32,000 bases of DNA, from NCBI RefSeq assembly GCF_002310835.1, contig NZ_CP011042.1:690001-722000 (forward strand), written 5' to 3'. The position numbers and the translations under genes were made by a program. Of this stretch, positions 17,697-25,180 are shown piece by piece. Position 1 is the first letter of the stretch, and each line of letters opens with the position of its first letter. This DNA comes from Pseudoalteromonas tetraodonis (lineage in GTDB: Bacteria > Pseudomonadota > Gammaproteobacteria > Enterobacterales > Alteromonadaceae). Under the pieces are notes generated by a model. It was given only the letters and a program-made list of their open reading frames with translations. It was not told the origin of the DNA and made no database searches.

Positions 17697-18689
17697 TTGT
17701 TATCAACTATTCCTTTTTCGTTATTAGAACTGGCGCCTATGCCTAAAGGCGCCACTGTGAGTGACACCTTAAATAAAAGTACAGCCTATGCACAAAAAGC
17801 TGATGAGCTCGGTTTTAACCGTTTTTGGTTAGCCGAGCATCATAATATGCCTGGGATTGTTTGTGCGGCTACTTCAATTTTGGTGGGGCACATAGCCGGT
17901 AACACTAAAAAAATACGCGTAGGGTCGGGTGGAATTATGTTACCTAATCATGCTCCTTTAGTTGTTGCTGAGCAATTTGGCACCTTAGAAAGTTTATACC
18001 CAGGTCGAATTGATTTAGGGTTAGGGCGCGCTCCAGGTAGCGATCCTGTGACAAGTCGTGCATTAAATAACGATATCAGTCGTGCTGAAAACTTTCCTAA
18101 TGAAGTGAGCGAGTTACAAACATTATTGGGCCCTTATGAGGGAACTAAGCGCGTGCGAGCAATACCTGGTGAAAACACCAATGTTCCCATTTGGCTTTTA
18201 GGTTCAAGTTTATTTAGTGCGCAGTTAGCTGCACAAAAAGGATTACCCTATGTATTTGCGGGGCACTTTGCACCGCGTTTTGTGCATGATGCAGTAGCCT
18301 TGTATAAACGAGAATTTAAACCATCAAATGTATTAGCTAAGCCTTATGTCATGTTGGCATTACCTTTAGTGGCTGCAGATACAGATGAAGAAGCACAGTA
18401 CTTATCAACTACATCCAAACAGCGAGTGTTATCGTTAATTAGAGGCGACGAGTTGTGGTTAAAACCCCCAGTAGAAACAATGGAAGGTTTGTGGAGCGAA
18501 CAAGAGCGCGCTCATGTTGAGAGCTTTTTAGGGTTAAGTGTTACCGGTGGGCCAGCCAGTATTAAACACAAGCTAGAAATGATTGTAAATCAATTAGGGG
18601 TTGATGAGCTTATATTCACCAACGACTTATTTGATAATGAAAAGCGCCATAAAGCGCTTGAAATTTTAATGCAAATAAAACATGGATAA
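17697..18689 (+). CDS. yhbW: Luciferase-like (LLM class) flavin-dependent oxidoreductase, YhbW-like
   Basis: 'IPFSLLELAPMP...RFWLAEHHNMPGIVCAATSILVGHIAGNT...GSGGIMLPNHAPLVVAEQFGTLESLYPGRIDLGLGRAPGSD...VPIWLLGSSLFSAQLAAQKGLPYVFAGHFAP' is colinear with E. coli YhbW as I remember it. The TTG start is supported by a GGAGG 6 nt upstream. Confidence 0.9.
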   Translation: MLSTIPFSLLELAPMPKGATVSDTLNKSTAYAQKADELGFNRFWLAEHHNMPGIVCAATSILVGHIAGNTKKIRVGSGGIMLPNHAPLVVAEQFGTLESLYPGRIDLGLGRAPGSDPVTSRALNNDISRAENFPNEVSELQTLLGPYEGTKRVRAIPGENTNVPIWLLGSSLFSAQLAAQKGLPYVFAGHFAPRFVHDAVALYKREFKPSNVLAKPYVMLALPLVAADTDEEAQYLSTTSKQRVLSLIRGDELWLKPPVETMEGLWSEQERAHVESFLGLSVTGGPASIKHKLEMIVNQLGVDELIFTNDLFDNEKRHKALEILMQIKHG

Positions 18690-18912
18690 GCAATTGGTTA
18701 AGCAAGCGTACACTCAACGCTTGTTATGCTATTAAACAGATTAAAGTTGATTACGTCGGGGCCATTTTACATTATTTAAAAAGTGGCAATGAAAAGGTTT
18801 GTTCTGTTTTTTCAATAGAACTGATTTAAACAATCAATTTTAATTATGAATATTGAACGATTATTATAAGGGTATGCAACACAATTCAGCTAAATAAATA
18901 GGAAGGTAAAGC

Positions 18913-19908
18913 GTGAAATCTCAAAATAGTACGACACCCCATTCATGCAACAACTCAGTGCAGCCAAAAGTAGCGCTGATAGCAGAAGGTGGCGGACAAC
19001 GAGGGATATTTACCGCGGGTGTACTCGATGCTTGGTTAGAGCAAGAGTATGATCCGTTTGACTTATTTATTGGCACATCTGCAGGCTCTCAAAACTTAAC
19101 AAGCTATTTGGCGCGTCAAAAAGGCTATGCTAAACGCCTGATCAGAGGCCTTTCGCGTCATAAACGTTTTTTTCAATTAGGTCGCGGCCTAATGGGTAAA
19201 CATATTGTTGACCTAGATTGGTACTTTGATAAAACTACCGAAGTGAACAGAGCGCTTGATTTTAAAACCGCAAAAGCCAGTTTAGGTGACCGTGAGCTAT
19301 TAATTACTGCAACTAATGCCCGTGATCGCAAACCTTATTTTTTATCCCCAACAGGGGAAGGCCAGCAATGGCGAGAGCTATTAAAAGCGTCAAGTGCACT
19401 GCCATTTTTATATAAGCAAGGTGTAAAATTGACGCCGTGGTTAAATGCATTAGCCGCAAATGAATTAGGTAAGACCGAGATACAGTCAGAGTCTGATTTT
19501 TACTTAGACGGTGGCCTTGCCGCACCGCTTCCTGTACGCGAAGCATATAATCGTGGCGCACGCAAAATTGTGGTTATACGCACCGTTGATGAAGCCTTTC
19601 AGGCTCAATCAGCATGGGTAAGTAAATTAAAATCATTTGTTGAAGTATCTGGCTATTGCCCAAAAACAATAGACTACTTATTACAACATGAGCAAGCTTA
19701 CGAAGATGAGTTAGCATTTATTGCTAACCCACCAAAAGATGTAGAAATAATCCAAATTTTTGCAAATCAAAAGTTGTATAGTAAGTTATTAGGCAGCTCA
19801 AATGATGACTTACGATTTGACTATAAACTTGGTTTAGCAGCAGGCCATAACTACTTAAAAAACCATCACCCAGATCAGGATGATTATAAACACAGCTACA
19901 TAGCGTAG
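18913..19908 (+). CDS. yjjU: Patatin-like phospholipase, YjjU-like
   Basis: 'EGGGQRGIFTAGVLD' oxyanion loop, 'GTSAGS' nucleophile elbow (GxSxG), 'YLDGG' catalytic Asp, 'IVVIRTV'. GTG start with a GGAAGG RBS 7 nt upstream. Confidence 0.85.
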   Translation: MKSQNSTTPHSCNNSVQPKVALIAEGGGQRGIFTAGVLDAWLEQEYDPFDLFIGTSAGSQNLTSYLARQKGYAKRLIRGLSRHKRFFQLGRGLMGKHIVDLDWYFDKTTEVNRALDFKTAKASLGDRELLITATNARDRKPYFLSPTGEGQQWRELLKASSALPFLYKQGVKLTPWLNALAANELGKTEIQSESDFYLDGGLAAPLPVREAYNRGARKIVVIRTVDEAFQAQSAWVSKLKSFVEVSGYCPKTIDYLLQHEQAYEDELAFIANPPKDVEIIQIFANQKLYSKLLGSSNDDLRFDYKLGLAAGHNYLKNHHPDQDDYKHSYIA

Positions 19909-19920
19909 CTGTGTGTTTAT
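19891..19920 (+). terminator. Hairpin spanning the yjjU-like stop codon (probable terminator)
   Basis: CACAGCTAC (19891-19899) / loop ATAGC / GTAGCTGTG (19905-19913), followed by the T-rich 'TGTTTATT'. The stop TAG (19906-19908) lies in the right arm. Confidence 0.55.
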
Positions 19921-20240
19921 TATCAGCAAGATAATAAATCAGCATTTACTGTGTTCTCATGGCAGTCATTTAGCCGTGAGAAATATTCGGTTTTTTACCT
20001 CGAAAATAATGCGCTAACGGTTATTAAAGCACGCGACTAATTCCTTTCTAAAACATTCCTTTTACATCAGCAATTACACTGCAATATAAATTAGTTTGTT
20101 TGGTGAATTTATATTCATTAATAAAGAAAAATAATTCACATCTAATTAGCTTTATTATAAAGTGGCTAAGTCTCTACTAAACTTAAACACTCACGTCGCT
20201 AAATTAATAACGTGGCAAATAATAATAAAAAGGAAGCCTG

Positions 20241-21647
20241 ATGTTCGACACGCTGATCAAAAGTGTAAATAGCCTTTTATGGGGCGAAGGCCAAGTACTC
20301 ATTTACATTTTACTTTTTGCTGGCATATGGTTTTCTGTGCGTTTAAAAGCTATTCAACTCGTTAAATTTACACATATGTTTAGCTTGCTAAAAGGCAGTA
20401 GCAAGTGTGATAAAAATAACATTAGCTCCTTTCAGGCTCTATGTACGGGGCTTTGTGCGCGTGTTGGTACTGGTAATTTAGCCGGTGTGGCTGTTGCTAT
20501 ATCACTTGGTGGAAGTGGCGCCATATTTTGGATGTGGGTGATTGCCATACTGGGTATGGCGACCGGTTTTGCAGAAAGTATTCTTGGGCAAATTTATAAA
20601 ATTCGTGATAGTAATGGCGATTTTAGAGGTGGCCCTGCGTATTATATTCAACAAGGCTTAGGCAGCCGTGCGTTTGCTATTGTGTTTGCCGCCTGTTTAT
20701 TTTTAGGTTACGGCTTTACCTTTAGCGCCATGCAAACCAACACCATTACCGATGCGCTTAATTATGCCTTTGAAATTCCCACACACTATTCCGGCATCGT
20801 GATCACTTTGTTAGCCGGTTCAATTATTTTAGGTGGATTTAAAGCTATTGCCCGTTTTGCTGAGCGAGTAGTCCCTGTTATGGGCATCGTGTTTGTGCTT
20901 GTTGCTGTGGTAATTACACTGATTAACTTTACCCAAGTACCCAGTATGCTAAAAGATATATTTTTATCCGCGTTTGGCTTACAAGAAGCGGGAGCAGGCG
21001 CAATGGGGGCGGCGATTAAAAATGGTATTCAACGGGGCTTATATTCAAACGAAGCAGGCGCAGGTAGTGTGCCGCATGCATCGGCAAGTGCCAGCCCTAT
21101 ACCTAATCACCCAGTTACCCAAGGTTACATACAAATGCTAGGCGTGTTTTTCGACACTATTGTACTTTGTAGCTGTACCGCGGTTATTATTTTATTGGCC
21201 GATGTGAACATAAGCGGCGAAATGGAAGGCATTCGTTTAACCCAAACCGCTATGACCTCACATTTAGCACAAGGTGGCGTGTATTTTGTAGCCGCTGCCA
21301 TTACTTTATTTGCTTTTACCTCGGTGGTTGCTAACTACGCCTACGCTGAAAGTAACCTGCACCTATTTAAGCTTGATAACAAAGTAGGGCGCGGTATTTA
21401 TACTTTGCTTTATTTATCAATGATGTTGTGGGGCGCATCAGCCACCTTAAAACAAGTATGGGATTTAGCCGATATTGCCCTAGGGTTAATGACAGTGGTG
21501 AACGTAATCGCTATTATACTGTTAACGCCAACTATTTTGTCTGTTACTAACGACTACCACGCACAAAGAGACAAAGGCATAGAGCCTGAATTTAAGGTAA
21601 AAAACGTAAAAGTGCAGGGCAAATGTGAAGACGGAATTTGGGATTAA
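20241..21647 (+). CDS. Alanine/glycine:cation symporter (AGCS family)
   Basis: About 11 TM segments. 'ISSFQALCTGLCARVGTGNLAGVAVAISLGGSGAIFWMWV' and 'GLYSNEAGAGSVPHA' are AGCS signatures. AAGGAAG RBS. Confidence 0.95.
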   Translation: MFDTLIKSVNSLLWGEGQVLIYILLFAGIWFSVRLKAIQLVKFTHMFSLLKGSSKCDKNNISSFQALCTGLCARVGTGNLAGVAVAISLGGSGAIFWMWVIAILGMATGFAESILGQIYKIRDSNGDFRGGPAYYIQQGLGSRAFAIVFAACLFLGYGFTFSAMQTNTITDALNYAFEIPTHYSGIVITLLAGSIILGGFKAIARFAERVVPVMGIVFVLVAVVITLINFTQVPSMLKDIFLSAFGLQEAGAGAMGAAIKNGIQRGLYSNEAGAGSVPHASASASPIPNHPVTQGYIQMLGVFFDTIVLCSCTAVIILLADVNISGEMEGIRLTQTAMTSHLAQGGVYFVAAAITLFAFTSVVANYAYAESNLHLFKLDNKVGRGIYTLLYLSMMLWGASATLKQVWDLADIALGLMTVVNVIAIILLTPTILSVTNDYHAQRDKGIEPEFKVKNVKVQGKCEDGIWD

Positions 21648-21741
21648 GATTAAAGTTTAAAAGTTTTTTATTGCATAAGTATTCATTTTTAAGTTTGGCT
21701 TTAACAACATTAAACTGCGACTCTACAGGTAGTATTTTTAG

Positions 21742-22785
21742 ATGATCGACATTTTTGCAGGTAAAACTGCAGCAAAAATAATAAACGAACAAGGGTTTAA
21801 ACCTGAGCTTTTTACCTCGTTTTTAGGGGCAAGTGGTGGCCCTAAATGGTTTACCTTATTTGGCTTAGACAAATATATATTTGGCGAATTTTTTAAACAT
21901 CGCATCCAACCGCTTAATTTAATTGGCTCATCGGCAGGGGCTTTTCGTTCTGCGTGTTTTGCACAAAACGATCCAGTTAAAGCCATTGAACGTTTAGCAA
22001 AATCGTATTCGCAAACCCGATATTCTAGTAATAAACCCACCCCAACTGAGATTACCACTAAAGCCCGCGCATTACTTGAAGATGTATTTGGTGATGATGG
22101 CGTTACTGAAATTATAAATAATCCGGTATTTAAAGCGCATTTTATTGTCGCAAAATCTAACGGGTTTATTGCCAGTGAGAATAAATTAATACAGCTTTTG
22201 GGTTTATCAAAAAGTTATATGCTTAACCGCGTTAATCGAAAATTATTAGGCTCGCAATATGAGCGTTTTATTTTTGGCGCGCCCAATAGTGATTTAAGTA
22301 TTACCGACAGCTACAATTTTAAAACTCAAAATATCGCACTCACACAAACAAATTTAAAAGATGCCTTATTGGCATCGGGCTCTATACCACTAGTAATGCA
22401 AGGCATAAAAAATATTGCCGGTTCCCCACCAGGAATTTACCGCGATGGCGGCATTATTGATTACCACTTTGATTTAAAAATTAATAACCCAGGCTTAATT
22501 TTGTATCCGCATTTTAATTCAGAACCAAAAGCAGGGTGGTTCGATAAAAATTTAAAACGAAAAGTGTCACCACAAAATTATGATAACGTTGTGATGATCA
22601 CCCCATCAAAAGAATTTGTCGCGGGTTTACCTTACGGGAAAATCCCAGATAGAAACGACTTTACTGATCTTGATGCAGACACGCGGATTAAATATTGGAA
22701 CACCGTGTTTAGTGAAACTGAGAAACTGGCCGAAACATTTGATAATAATTTAGAAAATGAAAGCTTTGATTTAAAAATTTTTTAA
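21742..22785 (+). CDS. Patatin-like phospholipase family protein (divergent)
   Basis: 'GASGGPKW' glycine-rich loop, 'GSSAGAFR' GxSxG serine, 'YRDGGIIDY' catalytic Asp-Gly-Gly. Otherwise not similar to the yjjU-like copy. Confidence 0.7.
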   Translation: MIDIFAGKTAAKIINEQGFKPELFTSFLGASGGPKWFTLFGLDKYIFGEFFKHRIQPLNLIGSSAGAFRSACFAQNDPVKAIERLAKSYSQTRYSSNKPTPTEITTKARALLEDVFGDDGVTEIINNPVFKAHFIVAKSNGFIASENKLIQLLGLSKSYMLNRVNRKLLGSQYERFIFGAPNSDLSITDSYNFKTQNIALTQTNLKDALLASGSIPLVMQGIKNIAGSPPGIYRDGGIIDYHFDLKINNPGLILYPHFNSEPKAGWFDKNLKRKVSPQNYDNVVMITPSKEFVAGLPYGKIPDRNDFTDLDADTRIKYWNTVFSETEKLAETFDNNLENESFDLKIF

Positions 22786-22826
22786 TTATTACTTACTATA
22801 CATAAATTACGGTATGCAGTATAAAT

Positions 22827-22848
22827 AAAAGGGCGTAAGCCTTTTTTT
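22827..22848. terminator. Weak bidirectional terminator between convergent genes
   Basis: A4-GGGC / GTAA / GCC-T7. Only three G-C pairs, extended by a G-U and A-U pairs. Confidence 0.5.
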
Positions 22849-22857
22849 ATTAGATAT

Positions 22858-23931
22858 TTATAGATTCTGCCTGAGTGACAGTTTGTCGTCTGATAAAAAA
22901 TTCATAATATTTTTAAAATGATAGTGAAGCATGGCTAAAAAAATCTTATTATCTTTAGTAGAAAAATAATTTAAAAGATTTGCTGTTATTTGAAACATAC
23001 ACAGAGTAAGACCTTCTATTGGGACTTTAGCACCTAAAGAACTTCTTCCTACACAAAGTTGATCATAAGAAGAACCATTCGTTGCAAGGTTCAAAATTAA
23101 ACTTTGAGAGCTAGCATGAATATTTTGACTAGCAATTTTAGAGTAAGGTGCATAATGATCTAAAGACAAAGTCTTTTCTATATCTGCAAAGGTTATTTTA
23201 CCATTCTTATTACTTGGCTCTACAAAGCCATCCAACCAGCCATAATCAAATCTGTATTTTTTACCATATGTAGTTAATAAATAATTATAAAGTTCTTCTG
23301 TTTGTTTGGCTTGGTCGTCATCGACGACTAAGTCTTTATACTTTTCTGGATAATTATCTTTGGCTTGCTTAGATTTATTTAGATTATTAAACTTATCAAC
23401 AATATGATGATGATAAAACTTTTCAGCGCATTCAGGGCCATATGTAAAAATGCTTATAAAAATAACCAATATATCATACAGGCTTCTCCATCTTGATAAA
23501 GCAGCATCAGGATAGCCATTTTTTATTAAGCATAGTATTTCATTTGATGCTAAAGATGCTCTAGCATGAAGTTTAATTAGAACATCAAACATTACATCAT
23601 TTGTTTCAGATGCACTCAACCTGAACTCTTCATTAATTTCTGAACCCACAAAAACAGAAAATGAAATGAAGCGCTCAAGCTTTTCAATTAAAGTACCCCA
23701 TTGTTTATTATGGGATTTAAAAAAAATGTCGTCCGATTCTGTGTTAAATTTCAGGATAGAATCATCTATAAAATAAAATGATAGTTTAGGTAGAATGCTA
23801 TCAACGGACTCTTGAACATAAGTCCGAAAATCAGCTTCAGTATATTCTTGGTAAGTATTTTTCCCATTTTTTGATTCGTATTCATACAAATCATAAAGAG
23901 CCTGAGTAAGAATATCTTTTATGTCTTTCAT
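22858..23931 (-). CDS. AT-rich orphan protein, unknown function (possibly DUF5677/AbiV-like helical protein)
   Basis: Long ORF at 28-30% GC on the lines I counted, against about 40% in neighbours. The ATG at 23931 (MKDIKD...) has an AGGGA RBS 6 nt upstream and is preferred over the TTG at 24003. No TM or signal peptide. 'LHARASLASNEILCLIKNGYPDAALSRWRSLYDILV' is vaguely DUF5677-like (recollection only). Confidence 0.6.
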   Translation of the reverse strand: MKDIKDILTQALYDLYEYESKNGKNTYQEYTEADFRTYVQESVDSILPKLSFYFIDDSILKFNTESDDIFFKSHNKQWGTLIEKLERFISFSVFVGSEINEEFRLSASETNDVMFDVLIKLHARASLASNEILCLIKNGYPDAALSRWRSLYDILVIFISIFTYGPECAEKFYHHHIVDKFNNLNKSKQAKDNYPEKYKDLVVDDDQAKQTEELYNYLLTTYGKKYRFDYGWLDGFVEPSNKNGKITFADIEKTLSLDHYAPYSKIASQNIHASSQSLILNLATNGSSYDQLCVGRSSLGAKVPIEGLTLCMFQITANLLNYFSTKDNKIFLAMLHYHFKNIMNFLSDDKLSLRQNL

Positions 23932-24313
23932 GAATTTCCCTGTAATTATTTGATTACTGTTTTTTGCTAGAACACCTACAATATCTAGTAATTGACTTTG
24001 CAAATCAAATAAATATTGGTCTTAAGTCTTAATTTGCTCCATAAGTTTTTTGTACATGGTTTCATATTTTTTGCTGACCAGTTTATATCACTTAACTAAT
24101 GTACCGCAGATGATTTACTTTTCCTCAATGTTTAGACATAGTGTTGTCTTAATAGGGAGTTCTATACCTGGGCATGGGCAAGTTAGGGAAAGGAGACGTA
24201 ATTAATAATGAAAATATACGTTAATAACATTAAATAATAGAGAGTTTATTAAGTAATAAAAAGAAAATAATAATAAGTATTTTACCTTTGAAATTATAAG
24301 CGTTAAATTATTT

Positions 24314-24383
24314 TAGCTGATAGCTGATAGCTGATAGCTGATAGCTGATAGCTGATAGCTGATAGCTGATAGCTGATAGCTGA
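24314..24383. repeat. Perfect heptanucleotide tandem repeat (TAGCTGA)x10
   Basis: Read directly: 70 nt, ten identical units with no interruption, in the AT-rich spacer between the SYLF lipoprotein gene and the orphan gene. Confidence 0.97.
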
Positions 24384-24427
24384 AAACCCATAAATTACGT
24401 TATGTTAAATTAAGCAATTTAAATTAA

Positions 24428-24458
24428 AGTGGGCGTAATCCATAAAACTAGCCCACTT
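24428..24458 (-). terminator. Hairpin downstream of the SYLF lipoprotein gene (possible terminator)
   Basis: AAGTGGGC (24428-24435) / 15-nt loop / GCCCACTT (24451-24458). On the minus strand it is followed by TTTAATTTAAATT. Confidence 0.4.
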
Positions 24459-24477
24459 ATGATAGGGTTTTGATAGC

Positions 24478-25041
24478 TTAGTTTAGCTCAGAATCGACCC
24501 AAAATTTAGTACCTTTTAAAACAGCTTGCAGTGCAAGGCCACTTTCGGTTAAAGAGTAAACAGTAACTTGGTCAGCAATAGCTTCGGCAACTAAAGCGCC
24601 ACCTTTATCTTGGTATTTTGCAGCAGCATCGGCATTACCACCGAACGCCCAACCATGTTTAATAAATCTATTTAACGCAGCTTGATCGTGAAAAACCATC
24701 ACAATATTGAAATCTTTAACACCTAAACCTAAGCCTAAACCAGCTTCACCCATATTCATATAGGTAGATTTTCCGGTTAGGTTATTTTTTACTACACCGT
24801 ACCCACCACCAAAACTGGCTAAAATAACGTTTACATTGGCATTATCAAATACAGCATAACCGGCAGAGTTTGCAATTTGAGTTTTAACATCTGGTTTTTT
24901 TTCGTATAGAGCAGTTAATGTATTCGATTTCATACTTTGTACTAAAGCACGTTTTTCTCCAGGGGAAGCACTGCCTGTAGTAGCGCAACCTGTTAATAAA
25001 ACGCTAATAACTAACATGCTCAACAGAAGTAATTTTTTCAT
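24478..25041 (-). CDS. SYLF (Ysc84/DUF500) domain lipoprotein
   Basis: 'MKKLLLLSMLVISVLLTGC' lipobox. 'GYAVFDNANVNVILASFGGGYGVV...GLGLGLGVKDFNIVMVF...WAFGGNADAAA' is the typical SYLF pattern. The ATG at 25041 has an AAGGAAA RBS; the listed 25098 start adds an unlikely 19-aa extension. Confidence 0.8.
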   Translation of the reverse strand: MKKLLLLSMLVISVLLTGCATTGSASPGEKRALVQSMKSNTLTALYEKKPDVKTQIANSAGYAVFDNANVNVILASFGGGYGVVKNNLTGKSTYMNMGEAGLGLGLGVKDFNIVMVFHDQAALNRFIKHGWAFGGNADAAAKYQDKGGALVAEAIADQVTVYSLTESGLALQAVLKGTKFWVDSELN

Positions 25042-25180
25042 GATTTTTCCTTTAATAAGGTATATGGTTAATAAATCTGCGTTTAGCATAAATATCAAAA
25101 TTCATTATGTCCAATACTAGACAGTATCGGACTTTAAGGTTAACCTATAAGTCTATTATTTTCTTATATATTTTACTATT

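Noticed and set aside
19909-20240. Glycine riboswitch upstream of the alanine/glycine:cation symporter (a common arrangement).
   Set aside because: I could not find the conserved glycine-aptamer cores (GGAGAG...CACCG / CTCTGGAGAG...ACCGAAGGGGCAA-like elements). The region is too AT-rich.
18913-22785. Patatin-like genes as CBASS (CapV-like) effectors.
   Set aside because: No CD-NTase/cyclase, E1/E2/JAB or other CBASS component is adjacent. The first copy is clearly YjjU-like, and each gene is monocistronic.
24208-24237. 9-codon plus-strand ORF (MKIYVNNIK) preceded by AAAGGAGA.
   Set aside because: The spacing from GGAG to the ATG is 12 nt. Nothing lies downstream on that strand that it could regulate, and the AT-rich context generates such mini-ORFs readily.
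24314-24383. The tandem repeat as a CRISPR array or plasmid-type iterons.
   Set aside because: The units are 7 nt with no spacers. There are no cas or rep genes. It is a microsatellite.
24196-24400. Inverted repeat ACGTAATT(A)A / T(A)AATTACGT flanking the microsatellite, as the ends of an integrase-driven invertible promoter.
   Set aside because: Only 8 contiguous matching bases in about 480 bp of AT-rich DNA. By rough estimate several such matches are expected by chance. It is worth testing only if read-level inversion evidence appears.
3100-25098. N-terminal extensions implied by the ORF track: TTG 3100 (MCP), 16778 (MarR), TTG 24003 (orphan), 25098 (SYLF lipoprotein).
   Set aside because: In each case an internal ATG has a better RBS and gives a canonical N-terminus (TM helix, normal MarR length, lipoprotein signal peptide). 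The extensions would also cover promoter or operator sequence.
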